From the IMG/VR virus record IMGVR_UViG_2582580933_000002: 10,605 nucleotides of DNA; one strand, 5' to 3'. The position numbers and the translations under genes were made by a program. Below, piece after piece: positions 1-8,144 of this stretch; position 1 is the stretch's first letter; each line of letters begins with the position of its first letter. Under the pieces are notes generated by a model that saw nothing but the letters and a program-made list of their open reading frames with translations, was not told the DNA's origin and did no database searches. This DNA comes from a virus. Taxonomy: Duplodnaviria > Heunggongvirae > Uroviricota > Caudoviricetes.

Positions 1-1
1 C

Positions 2-886
2 GCTATACAGGTATGTTCCGTACACCGGAAAAATGTTCTCGTAGCCATTTGCCACAACCACTTTCTGCACAAAGCAATTGGCATTATTGGCTACCGTTCC
101 TGCTGAAGTGGTGTCGTGAACAACATATCCAAACCGGTTTTTACTGCTGCTTGCCCATGCGCACAATTCTGTTTTCTGGTCATCGGTCAGTTCGACCAGC
201 GAGTTAAACAGGATCCAGTTCTGGTTGACGTTGATGATGTTATTCATCGTGTCTGTCAGCGTTACCGCATCAGAACCCGGTGATACAATCGCTGCGGAAT
301 CCTGCGTCAGTAATAACCCGGCAGCCAGAGCGCCAGCAGAGGCATAAGACACTTCACTCTCTGCGCCAGTAGTGGCAGAGCGAATGATGAATCGGTTAGC
401 GATTGGCAACCATTCAACCACCACCTTGCTTGCACCAATTCCAACCTGCAACTTGGACGCAATGTCACTAAAACTTGTGGCTGTGGACAAATCAATTGAT
501 GTGCTGGTAGTCGACTCACCGTCAATGGAAAGGGTGATTGTGCCTGCTGGTATTGCTTTCAGTGTCGCCAGGGTAACACCTTTCAGGTTGCCGGACAGAA
601 GGTACCCAGCCACTGGTGAAGTAACAATACGATACATCAGCAGTTCACCTGGAATAACAGATGAGTTTTCGTATCCGTTAAAATACTGTTGTGCTGCGAG
701 GAATTCTTTCGATTCACTCCCCATCAAAGCTGATACATCAGATGAGGAGTAATAAGATTGTACCGCGCCAACCGGGATAAGCTCGTTATCGGTCAACATC
801 AGGCCGTTAGCATCAACCGCAGAACCGGCAGGCGTAACGACATTGGGCGTGATATTAAAATCTACAGATAAAGGGATTGTGCTCAT
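2..886 (-). CDS. large tail structural protein, possibly tail sheath-like; 5' portion only (295 codons, 3' end lies beyond the window start)
   Basis: ATG at 886-884 overlaps the TGA of the upstream gene (885-883). I checked this frame codon by codon from 886 down to position 2 and found no stop. N-terminus reads MSTIPLSVDFNITPNVVTPAGSAVDANGLMLTDNELIPVGAV. The ORF track misses it because it runs off the window edge. The product call rests on position (first large gene after the neck-type ORFs) and is inference. Confidence 0.5.
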   Translation of the reverse strand, partial: MSTIPLSVDFNITPNVVTPAGSAVDANGLMLTDNELIPVGAVQSYYSSSDVSALMGSESKEFLAAQQYFNGYENSSVIPGELLMYRIVTSPVAGYLLSGNLKGVTLATLKAIPAGTITLSIDGESTTSTSIDLSTATSFSDIASKLQVGIGASKVVVEWLPIANRFIIRSATTGAESEVSYASAGALAAGLLLTQDSAAIVSPGSDAVTLTDTMNNIINVNQNWILFNSLVELTDDQKTELCAWASSSKNRFGYVVHDTTSAGTVANNANCFVQKVVVANGYENIFPVYGTYLYS

Positions 887-1398
887 GGGCGGTTATCCAC
901 CTGTTCAGTTGAAATTTCTGCTTTGTCGAAATAGTCCTGCTGGAACGACACGGTGATGTGTGCTTGCAGGGAAAGAGTTAACGTGTAACGCTCCTGCCAC
1001 TGACTCTCGGCGTTGATCATCGGCGCCTGAATGGCAGGAGATGAGTAAAGCGGCGCAAGCCGTGCATCAATAGCCTTGATGATGTCGTAGCCATATCCAC
1101 TGGTGAATGTTGTTTCCAGTGCAATAGCTCTATCCCCTGCCCCCTGACCATAGATATCTACCTGAATATCAGCCTGGCGAACTTCCGTATATCCCATGGT
1201 GCTTGTGTCCGGAGAGCCGGTATCTTGCTTAAGCTCTCTCGTCGTGGATAGTCTGGTGAATCGCAAAGGGGTCAGGATACAGAACTGATCTTTGGGCATT
1301 GGTACACGGTTAGCATGAGCCTGCAGGCATTTACCAGCGATAGGTTCTATGTAGCCAGCAAGTACATCGATAATATTATCGACAGTGAAATCATTCAT
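883..1398 (-). CDS. hypothetical phage structural protein (neck or tail completion candidate), 171 aa
   Basis: ATG at 1398-1396 overlaps the TGA (1397-1395) of the upstream gene. The ORF track extends the frame to a GTG at 1431, but the ATG with the start/stop overlap is the more likely start. No recognisable motif; role inferred from position. Confidence 0.55.
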   Translation of the reverse strand: MNDFTVDNIIDVLAGYIEPIAGKCLQAHANRVPMPKDQFCILTPLRFTRLSTTRELKQDTGSPDTSTMGYTEVRQADIQVDIYGQGAGDRAIALETTFTSGYGYDIIKAIDARLAPLYSSPAIQAPMINAESQWQERYTLTLSLQAHITVSFQQDYFDKAEISTEQVDNRP

Positions 1399-1766
1399 GG
1401 GCTTACCTGCAATACAGCAATCAGCCGGCACCAGTCAGGCCACAACTCTATTGGCTCAACAACAAGCCATTGCTCCCCGTTAATCACGAAGATATCTCCG
1501 CCCTGCTCCAGTTCTCGCTGAACACTGAAGTAATTACCATTGACGTAGATCACTTTTGCCAGCCCCTGAATATTCAGTCCATCGACGTGTTGCATGTCGC
1601 CGCGACTGATTGGCTGTAGTTGAATGGTAACGTTCTGGTCAGGGAGATAAGACGGAACCGGCTTGCGACCGGGGCCGATAGTTTCACCTGCATACTTTTT
1701 CAGGATTGCCGGGATGTTGGGGTTAATGCTTGTGATCGCGTTATTGGCTATCTGTCGAAGATTCAA
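1395..1766 (-). CDS. hypothetical phage protein (head-tail/neck region), 123 aa
   Basis: Track ORF begins at TTG 1766-1764, preceded by GAGGTGA about 9 nt upstream, and overlaps the upstream gene by 26 nt. There is no in-frame ATG until residue 58, so the start is uncertain. Confidence 0.45.
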   Translation of the reverse strand: MNLRQIANNAITSINPNIPAILKKYAGETIGPGRKPVPSYLPDQNVTIQLQPISRGDMQHVDGLNIQGLAKVIYVNGNYFSVQRELEQGGDIFVINGEQWLVVEPIELWPDWCRLIAVLQVSP

Positions 1767-2187
1767 TTTCGCTCACCTCATAGCTGACGCTTTTTTGCAT
1801 ATCGCCTGTATCAATTAGCGGCTTATCGAACCCCTTGCGGGCAATTGTTATCGGAGATAGCGGTGGGCTTTCAAATGCCCTTATGGACTCTTTGATATCA
1901 TTAACAATAGTGGTGCCAAGTATTGAAAATATCTCTCCAATATCATCGCCGCGTTCAATCAGGAGTGCTGTTTGCTCTTTCCATTCTTCTTCATGCTCTG
2001 CGATTGCATTTCTAAAAAAAGGTCGAGGAGGCTGATTATGAGCCGGATTCCCAAACTCGTTGGTAGCGGCAACCATGGGAACCGGGATTACACCGCCGTA
2101 AGTTGCCCCCTCAAGGAAGCCAACCTTTAGCTGAATGTTGGAGAATTGCTTTTCAACCTCATCCAGCGCATCCATCACCTTATCCAT
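1741..2187 (-). CDS. hypothetical head-tail joining / neck protein, 148 aa
   Basis: ATG at 2187-2185 shares one nucleotide with the stop (2189-2187) of the upstream gene. The C-terminal segment IARKGFDKPLIDTGDMQKSV is reminiscent of HK97 gp10-type head-tail joining proteins; this is a weak recollection. Confidence 0.5.
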   Translation of the reverse strand: MDKVMDALDEVEKQFSNIQLKVGFLEGATYGGVIPVPMVAATNEFGNPAHNQPPRPFFRNAIAEHEEEWKEQTALLIERGDDIGEIFSILGTTIVNDIKESIRAFESPPLSPITIARKGFDKPLIDTGDMQKSVSYEVSEIESSTDSQ

Positions 2188-2618
2188 CAGTACCTCCGGT
2201 AATACCCATACGGGTAATTTGATGGAGAATGCCCACTTATATACTGGAAGGTGCGAAACGGCGCCGTAGCATTCCAGTAATCAGCCCCGTACTTTGTTTG
2301 CATGTACCATGCTGAATTTGCTGTTCCCCCTGGCATATCGGCATGAACGCTAACCGAACCCTCTGAAGCACTGTCGATTCTTCCAACCAATCCGGATGGA
2401 GACTGCCCATTCGCTCCTGAATACAAACAGGCGATATGGGCAACCAGCATATTCAGCAGCATTGAGCGTACAGCCAAATCCGACACACGACTTGAGTCTG
2501 TGTTATCGAGATAAATGGTTGCTTGCGTGAAATACTGCTGAAGAAGTACGTCGTCGACAGATGAGAATTCAGGATAGCGTAGCTTAAATGCGGAGGGGGC
2601 AAATATTACGACGCCCAT
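2187..2618 (-). CDS. DUF4054-like head-tail connector candidate, 143 aa
   Basis: ATG at 2618 preceded by GGGAG. The N-terminus ([18 protein letters not shown]) resembles my recollection of DUF4054 phage proteins, which co-occur with this capsid type. Family assignment is unverified. Confidence 0.55.
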   Translation of the reverse strand: MGVVIFAPSAFKLRYPEFSSVDDVLLQQYFTQATIYLDNTDSSRVSDLAVRSMLLNMLVAHIACLYSGANGQSPSGLVGRIDSASEGSVSVHADMPGGTANSAWYMQTKYGADYWNATAPFRTFQYISGHSPSNYPYGYYRRY

Positions 2619-2630
2619 TTGCTGCTCCCG

Positions 2631-2978
2631 CTATTTTTCGTCAGCCTTTTTTACGCCCGGAGCCGGATTTTCCGGGTCAAGGCCTTCAAGGCCAGTTTTT
2701 GATTCTTTCAGATCTTTACCCTGCGCATTCAGACTGCGAATATCTTTCTGAATGAAGATTGCATTGTTCTGAATATACGCGGCATCCTTATAGGTCTCGA
2801 TGAACTTATCCATGAAGTCTTTCTCGACCATGGTAACTCCGAAAGCCCCCTCAGGAATTGCACCATCAAGACCACGGAGGGCAGTTGTTGCCGCCCCGTT
2901 CAGGATTACTGTTTTGCCATCCAGAGTCACCTGAAGGCCATTTGGCAATTTGCAGCCAACGCTTACCATTTCTGCCAT
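2631..2978 (-). CDS. hypothetical phage protein immediately downstream of the major capsid gene, 115 aa
   Basis: ATG at 2978; its GGGAG ribosome-binding site lies inside the last codons of the capsid gene (3 nt gap). Gly/Ala-rich N-terminal half and Lys/Glu/Asp-rich C-terminal tail. No family recognised. Confidence 0.55.
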   Translation of the reverse strand: MAEMVSVGCKLPNGLQVTLDGKTVILNGAATTALRGLDGAIPEGAFGVTMVEKDFMDKFIETYKDAAYIQNNAIFIQKDIRSLNAQGKDLKESKTGLEGLDPENPAPGVKKADEK

Positions 2979-2981
2979 GAA

Positions 2982-4022
2982 TTAAACTCCCAACATGCTT
3001 GCAAATGCCAGCGGCTGGCGAATGATTGCGCCCCAGGTGCCACCGGTTTTCTTTTGTTTATACGCGGACAGATCAACAACAACCGGATGCGCACGCATTT
3101 TTTCGGTAAATGCGCAGTAGCCGGTGTCCTGACCATCCAAATCGTCGGCGATCAGCTGAACCAGTTCGCCGGATTCGGTTTTGTACTCGACAGCAGTAAC
3201 AACGCGCAGGTTCGGGAAGTTTTTCTTCAACTGATCAGACACGTTGACGTTGTACATGTTGGTCTTGGTCAGATTTGCTTCTGACTCTGGAGACATCGCC
3301 AGCGTCATCTTGCTGTCTCGCTCAACGTACCCCTTGGTCTGCTTCACTAACTGCATGTAAAGCGCCTGGATATCGTCATACACCGCCTGACCGTCTTTTG
3401 TTGCCCAGGTGGTTCCGCCGCTCGCACCAGTTGCACCCGGGGTGATTGATGCCGGAAGGTTAGGGTCATTCAGAATGCCGTAGTTCTTCAGGCCAGCAAC
3501 GCCGAAGAAGTAGGACTTGTTCTGAAACTTATTCAGGGTCAGCGCAGAAGAAGTATTCAGTTGTTGAGACCATGCAATGCGGGCTTCACCGTAACGGTCA
3601 AGTTCCAGCTCACCCCACTGAGTAATGGTCTGGTACAGATAGGACTCACGAGCAACCCAGTTGACGTTAGCATTTACCTGCCCATTATTGTTGTAGTCAC
3701 CATAACTGGAAACCTGACCCGTTGATTCCACAACCGGGAATTGTGCGGTCATGGTGGTCCAGTCTCCCTTCTTCGTTTCCCCCAGAATTTCCACCGCTTT
3801 CATCGGAGTGACAAGGATGCGAATCAGTTCCGGGTCAACGTAATTAGTGAAGTACCATGGAATGCCAGAGTTGCTGGTTGTTACCAGTGAAGGCTGAGAG
3901 TCCATTGCATAGGAATAGCTATTAGCAACAGCATCCGTCAGATAGGCTTTGGCTTCCGGAAGGATTACACCGTAATCTCGCTCAGCCATAGCTTTATGTT
4001 GTAAAAATTCTGCGTTATTCAT
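2982..4022 (-). CDS. major capsid protein (DUF2184-like), 346 aa
   Basis: ATG at 4022 preceded by GGAGCTAA. Size and position (after scaffold/protease and decoration-like genes, before the head-tail ORFs) fit the major capsid of this head-module type. Assigned by synteny and recollection. Confidence 0.72.
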   Translation of the reverse strand: MNNAEFLQHKAMAERDYGVILPEAKAYLTDAVANSYSYAMDSQPSLVTTSNSGIPWYFTNYVDPELIRILVTPMKAVEILGETKKGDWTTMTAQFPVVESTGQVSSYGDYNNNGQVNANVNWVARESYLYQTITQWGELELDRYGEARIAWSQQLNTSSALTLNKFQNKSYFFGVAGLKNYGILNDPNLPASITPGATGASGGTTWATKDGQAVYDDIQALYMQLVKQTKGYVERDSKMTLAMSPESEANLTKTNMYNVNVSDQLKKNFPNLRVVTAVEYKTESGELVQLIADDLDGQDTGYCAFTEKMRAHPVVVDLSAYKQKKTGGTWGAIIRQPLAFASMLGV

Positions 4023-4025
4023 GTA

Positions 4026-4505
4026 TTAGCTCCAGGTGCCCATCTGAATCAATTCGCCAGCCTCGCCAGCACTGCCAACAACAAATTTTGTTTCAACGTA
4101 ATCCGAGATTGACGCCCCGGCATCGCCAGCGGTAATGGTTCCATCTGACAGTTTGGCGAAAATCTTCTGCCCTACGGTTGCCGCACCGGCAGTTTTCACC
4201 CAGTAGTCGCCAGCAGTCATCAATGTCATCTGAACTCCAGGCTGAATAGTCATAGATGATTCACCAAGCCATGTGGTGACAGACGCCTGCCCTTCCCGAT
4301 GAACGAAACCGGCAGGAGCACCGGTTCCAGTGTTATTGACAACACCATTGCTTACCCATGCAAAGCGACCAACAACAACCCCATTTGCACCGGCAACAAG
4401 AGCGCCCTCACCTGCAAGAAGACTTGCTTTAGGGTTAGCCGAAGCGAAATCCCCTTCAACTCCCGGCGCCTGTTGCTGATTAATTACACTTTGAAAGCCA
4501 CTCAT
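4026..4505 (-). CDS. head decoration / cement-like protein, 159 aa
   Basis: ATG at 4505 preceded by GGAGCTAA. Gly/Ala/Val-rich small protein between the scaffold/protease gene and the capsid gene, the usual place for a decoration protein. Functional call is inference. Confidence 0.5.
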   Translation of the reverse strand: MSGFQSVINQQQAPGVEGDFASANPKASLLAGEGALVAGANGVVVGRFAWVSNGVVNNTGTGAPAGFVHREGQASVTTWLGESSMTIQPGVQMTLMTAGDYWVKTAGAATVGQKIFAKLSDGTITAGDAGASISDYVETKFVVGSAGEAGELIQMGTWS

Positions 4506-4508
4506 TTC

Positions 4509-5735
4509 TTAGCTCCGTTTCAGTTTAGTTGCGCCAGGAAATGCCTTGGCGAAAGAATTGGTTGCAGCAGAATCCATCCCCATACCATGAGATGGTTTGC
4601 GAACTACCGCTTTCTGGCTGATAGCAAATTCAACCATCGATTTAAGTGCTGAAGGATGAACGCCTTTATGTTCGGCACCGATTGAATCAAGAGCAAAGCG
4701 ATAAATAGACTCTGCGGAATCCATAGCGACCAGACTCACATCACCAACCAAAGCACGAACACATTCTCGAGCCTCATTGGCTTGACGGATACGCCCCATC
4801 ACATTCTCTTCAGCTTTTCGAATCAATGCGGCATCCATAGCTGCTTTATTCTCATCATCGTCTTCATCCTCGGCAGTCTTTTTATCCTTGCCGTCATCAT
4901 CTTCGTCTTCCGCTTCTTTGCGGTCACGATCGCGATCCTTTCGCTCACGTTCTTCACGCTCTTTTAGTTCATCCTCTTCACGTTTCAGACGCTCTGCTTC
5001 TGACTCATTATCTCTCTCAGCCTGAGTGGCTTCGTCTTCAACAACCTTTTGCACTTTCTTTTCCACTTCTTCTGGCTTCTCATCACTTGCCAGCATCGGC
5101 GTGATAACTGCCATCAACTTTTTAGTAAGTTCTGACATTGATTTCATTCCTGTTGGTATTGAATCCCCGACAACAACGTCGGATCCGGCTCTTCCCTCTG
5201 TTACGAGAGCAACGTGGTTCCCGACGATATCGCGCATTACACCATCGTATGGCTGGCCTTCATGCACGCCGGGGGTCATGTCAGCTACATATCTGTAGGC
5301 CGACGAAAGTTCTTTCTTCTCGTCTGTCTCGATTCCAGCGATAGAATCTGCGTCCCATACGACAAGCGAGTTCTTGAGATAAGTCCCGTCAAACTCAGCA
5401 TCAGTACCAGTAGAACCAACCACAGCCATCTTCTGAGGGTCTGCAGCAGTAACCGGAATGTGTTCGTTAAGGAGCGGGATGTTGTTGAATGTAGATGCTG
5501 CTTTGGCTAACTCTTTCGGGTCACGAAGCAGGTAGTAAAACTTGTCAGGCTGTAAACCTAGCGATCTGTAATTAGGGATTTCACGCCCATAATAAGGGCA
5601 AACGTTAGCCTTACTGATTGGCGTCACTTCGATATGCAAACGCCCATCCTTATCAAAGGAGCGCACCGTTGCCTTGTCGAATGCCAATCCGTGATATCCC
5701 CATTGCCAGTCGCCTTTAACTTTGCGTAATGGCAT
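4509..5735 (-). CDS. prohead protease / scaffolding-like protein (DUF2213-like N-terminal domain with charged coiled-coil linker), 408 aa
   Basis: ATG at 5735 preceded by AAAGG. Residues ~217-298 are extremely charged (for example [39 protein letters not shown]), as expected of a scaffold. Position between the Mu F-like gene and the capsid gene. DUF2213 assignment is from recollection. Confidence 0.65.
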   Translation of the reverse strand: MPLRKVKGDWQWGYHGLAFDKATVRSFDKDGRLHIEVTPISKANVCPYYGREIPNYRSLGLQPDKFYYLLRDPKELAKAASTFNNIPLLNEHIPVTAADPQKMAVVGSTGTDAEFDGTYLKNSLVVWDADSIAGIETDEKKELSSAYRYVADMTPGVHEGQPYDGVMRDIVGNHVALVTEGRAGSDVVVGDSIPTGMKSMSELTKKLMAVITPMLASDEKPEEVEKKVQKVVEDEATQAERDNESEAERLKREEDELKEREERERKDRDRDRKEAEDEDDDGKDKKTAEDEDDDENKAAMDAALIRKAEENVMGRIRQANEARECVRALVGDVSLVAMDSAESIYRFALDSIGAEHKGVHPSALKSMVEFAISQKAVVRKPSHGMGMDSAATNSFAKAFPGATKLKRS

Positions 5736-5755
5736 GCTTTTACCTTTCGGCAGGC

Positions 5756-5780
5756 AATAAAAAAGCCGCAGTAGCGGCCA
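5756..5780 (-). terminator. intrinsic-terminator-like hairpin followed by a U-tract
   Basis: The minus-strand RNA would read GGCCGC-UACU-GCGGCU followed by UUUUUAUU: a 6 bp stem (one G-U pair), 4 nt loop and T-run, directly after the stop of the small ORF and 21 nt before the scaffold gene start. Confidence 0.35.
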
Positions 5781-5873
5781 TTATTTCCTCTTGGACATAG
5801 CTATTTTCAGTAGTGCAATCATTAAGCAACCAAAAATCAACACTAATCCCAGAGACCATAAAACCTCAATCAT
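5781..5873 (-). CDS. small hydrophobic single-pass membrane peptide, 30 aa (candidate moron, toxin or membrane effector)
   Basis: ATG at 5873-5871 overlaps the TGA (5872-5870) of the head morphogenesis gene; TAA at 5783-5781. I translated it by hand as [30 protein letters not shown]: about 20 hydrophobic residues followed by a KRK tail. It is absent from the ORF track, which lists only ORFs of 60 aa or more. 32 of its 93 nt are G/C (~34%), below the surrounding genes, and it uses rare codons (TTA, CTA, ATA, AGG). Confidence 0.35.
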   Translation of the reverse strand: MIEVLWSLGLVLIFGCLMIALLKIAMSKRK

Positions 5874-6688
5874 TTTCTATCTATCCCAGGGATAACAGGA
5901 GACCACGTACAACGGCAGTTGATAGCCTCTCCCGGCAGCACCCATTCACCATCGAGATACAGCCCTTTATCGAGGTCGAACTCTTTACCGTCAGCTTTCA
6001 CATGGGATGGCCTTGGCTGCTTCCCGGCGTGTGAGTGACGCCAGATTCCTTTGGTGATTCCTAACTTCTTCTGCCGTTCAGACTGAATTACCGCTGTAGC
6101 TTTGTTGTTCTGGTCGCGTGCAATCGTCTCAGCGCGTCTGCGTGTAATGCCATATCGCTTAACCAGTTCATCAGTGAGATAGCCAAGGTCACGACCACGG
6201 CTGACAGACTGCATGACCATCGTCTCCACCTGCGTGTGATATTGCTCAGGTATCGACTTAATCAGGTTGACGTTCTCGTTAACGACAGCCTGCATCACGT
6301 TCTTAAGCTCGTCATTCATTGTGAACTTAACGGTAAATCCGCCAGCCTTTAACGCTGAGTGTAACGAAACGTCGGTGTTGCGCAGTGTCTTATCAACGAA
6401 GCGATCAGCCAGTTTCTTGGCAAGCTCATTGAACTTGCTTTCCCACTGCTTTCCGAGCTTAGCCAGCCTGCGCTTTAACTCATCCGCCGGACTGGCATCC
6501 ATCGCCATGCTGTCTTTGTATGCAGCCTCAAGCCAGTACCGGTAAGACTTATTCATCTCACTGACCAACTTGAGAAGCTCAGAGCGATACCACTCATGAA
6601 CTCCGGCATTAGCTCTGACTGGACGAAGGGTTTTCCGGGTCTTCGAATCCTTCTTCGACGGACTCGTTTTCGTGCTCTTCTTCGTCAT
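5870..6688 (-). CDS. phage head morphogenesis protein, Mu F-like / SPP1 gp7 family, 272 aa
   Basis: The C-terminal region carries the cysteine motif typical of Mu F-like domains ([13 protein letters not shown]...[13 protein letters not shown]). Position directly after the portal gene. The ATG at 6688 gives an 80 nt overlap with the portal gene; alternative in-frame starts downstream (a TTG, and an ATG at Met45, about 6556) cannot be excluded. Confidence 0.8.
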   Translation of the reverse strand: MTKKSTKTSPSKKDSKTRKTLRPVRANAGVHEWYRSELLKLVSEMNKSYRYWLEAAYKDSMAMDASPADELKRRLAKLGKQWESKFNELAKKLADRFVDKTLRNTDVSLHSALKAGGFTVKFTMNDELKNVMQAVVNENVNLIKSIPEQYHTQVETMVMQSVSRGRDLGYLTDELVKRYGITRRRAETIARDQNNKATAVIQSERQKKLGITKGIWRHSHAGKQPRPSHVKADGKEFDLDKGLYLDGEWVLPGEAINCRCTWSPVIPGIDRK

Positions 6689-8144
6689 ATTCAGATTCCA
6701 TCATGTGGTATGGGCTGGCCTTATCCGACTGGCGCATGCTTCTTATTGCATCAAGGTCGAACACGCCAGCTTCGGCATAGTTCTTATCAGCCTCAGACTG
6801 ATGTTTCATGATCTCGGCTTTCTCTGCTTCTGTAAGCTCGTACAGCGGCAGGAATTCAAAATCAATGTCAGGGTCAATCTCGCCAAATTCATTCAACTGG
6901 ATAACATCCAGCACTGTTTTCAGCGGCACCCTGAACAGATTCTCCTGCATGGCGTGTATTGAGTCATAGAAGACGCGGATTTCGCCATCAGATGAAGCGT
7001 TTAGCCCGTTAGGAGTGATGCCAAGGAGCTTAACCAGAGGAATGCTTGATACCGATGCCATTTGTTCCTGCGCTTGCGCCTGAAGAGCATCAACTCCGGA
7101 CAGACTTGTCACAAACTGGAAGAATTCTTCTCCATCCTTATCAATAAGGAACATTCCGCGATTGTCGCGAACCTTATTGAATAGCTCGGCACGCATAAAC
7201 AGGTTTGGGTCTGCAATTCCAGACAAGGCATTCTGCATGTTCGTCTTCAGCCCATAGACCACAAACGAATGAACCAGATCGCTAACGCTGTCACGTGTTC
7301 TCAGCCAGTTTTGCACATATGGCTCTGCCATCTGACTCAGCGACAAGCCGCCGAAGTTGTACGCCGCTTTGAGAATGTCTGGCACCTGGCGAGAAATCAT
7401 TGTCAACATACGGCTGGCGTGAACAGTCCGCCCCATGACATACCATTCAGATGGATTGAAGAAATCAGGACTGAGAGGGTTGTCAGCGTTATACACACCA
7501 GGGTATGTCCACATGGCCTCGATAACGCGGAAACCATTCAGGCTTCCTTTGGTAATCTTGCGTGGGCTGATATAGAGCTTCTTATCCAGTTCGTCGGGAA
7601 CCAGCCAGGCTGAGTTACCGCTTGGCGTCTTCACGTCGATATAAATCTGTCCGCGCCCGAAGTAACCGTCATGTTCCGCCGCCTCGCGAAACTTCTCTCG
7701 CACTCTGAAACGCTTTAATGCTTCGTCAAGCTGGCGAATCTTATCGGCCTTGTCGTCACCATCGTCTTTACCTACATGCTTCAGCTCAATCCATTTTCTC
7801 GTCATCTCTTCTGCTATCGTGCCAGTAATCTTGCGATACTCCGGCAACTGAGCAAGTTGAGACAGATATGGGTAGCCAGGAAATCCACCGTAGCCATATG
7901 CGGTGATGTTTGCTGAGTTAAGGTAACTGTACGGCGTGGAGTCCATCGCCAGAGCTGACTCCCCAATATGTTCAGGAATAACGCCTGGCGGGGGTACGTA
8001 TCTCTCAATTCTACGCAATGCCTCGCCTTCATTTTTAATTCGCTCCTGTTCGTTAATAATCGCAAGAACATTCGCCAGAGACATTGGCTGTTTCGCCTCT
8101 TCTTTCTGAGGCTCAGATTTTTTCTTTCTCAAAAAATTAAACAC
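6609..8144 (-). CDS. portal protein (DUF1073-like), 511 aa
   Basis: Large ORF directly downstream of the terminase large subunit; canonical position and size for a portal. The track start is a GTG at 8144-8142 (GAGG about 8 nt upstream, overlapping the terminase TAG); an alternative ATG lies at 8084. Basic N-terminus and very acidic C-terminal tail. Confidence 0.75.
   Translation of the reverse strand: MFNFLRKKKSEPQKEEAKQPMSLANVLAIINEQERIKNEGEALRRIERYVPPPGVIPEHIGESALAMDSTPYSYLNSANITAYGYGGFPGYPYLSQLAQLPEYRKITGTIAEEMTRKWIELKHVGKDDGDDKADKIRQLDEALKRFRVREKFREAAEHDGYFGRGQIYIDVKTPSGNSAWLVPDELDKKLYISPRKITKGSLNGFRVIEAMWTYPGVYNADNPLSPDFFNPSEWYVMGRTVHASRMLTMISRQVPDILKAAYNFGGLSLSQMAEPYVQNWLRTRDSVSDLVHSFVVYGLKTNMQNALSGIADPNLFMRAELFNKVRDNRGMFLIDKDGEEFFQFVTSLSGVDALQAQAQEQMASVSSIPLVKLLGITPNGLNASSDGEIRVFYDSIHAMQENLFRVPLKTVLDVIQLNEFGEIDPDIDFEFLPLYELTEAEKAEIMKHQSEADKNYAEAGVFDLDAIRSMRQSDKASPYHMMESEYDEEEHENESVEEGFEDPENPSSSQS

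Noticed and set aside
372-752. Plus-strand ORF of 126 aa (and the similar plus-strand ORFs at 4299-4652, 7269-7613, 7968-8324 and 9141-9500)
   Set aside because: Each lies entirely antisense to a long, well-supported minus-strand gene whose frame I confirmed open. They lack convincing ribosome-binding sites and look like chance open frames.
1399-1431. GTG start at 1431 proposed by the ORF track for the 883-1431 ORF
   Set aside because: It would overlap the upstream gene by 37 nt. The ATG at 1398 forms a start/stop overlap of the kind seen at other junctions in this operon, so I annotate 883-1398.
4842-5087. Apparent DNA repeats (GAAGA / TCATC-type) that might be a tandem repeat or CRISPR-like array
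   Set aside because: The periodicity is codon-level, encoding the Glu/Asp/Lys/Arg-rich linker. There are no regular spacer-repeat units.
8114-8140. Homopolymeric A and T runs (A6, T6) that might suggest slippage or phase variation
   Set aside because: They fall inside the Lys/Phe-rich N-terminus of the portal gene (FNFLRKKKS) and are explained by codon choice. There is no frameshifted continuation suggesting a programmed or phase-variable switch.
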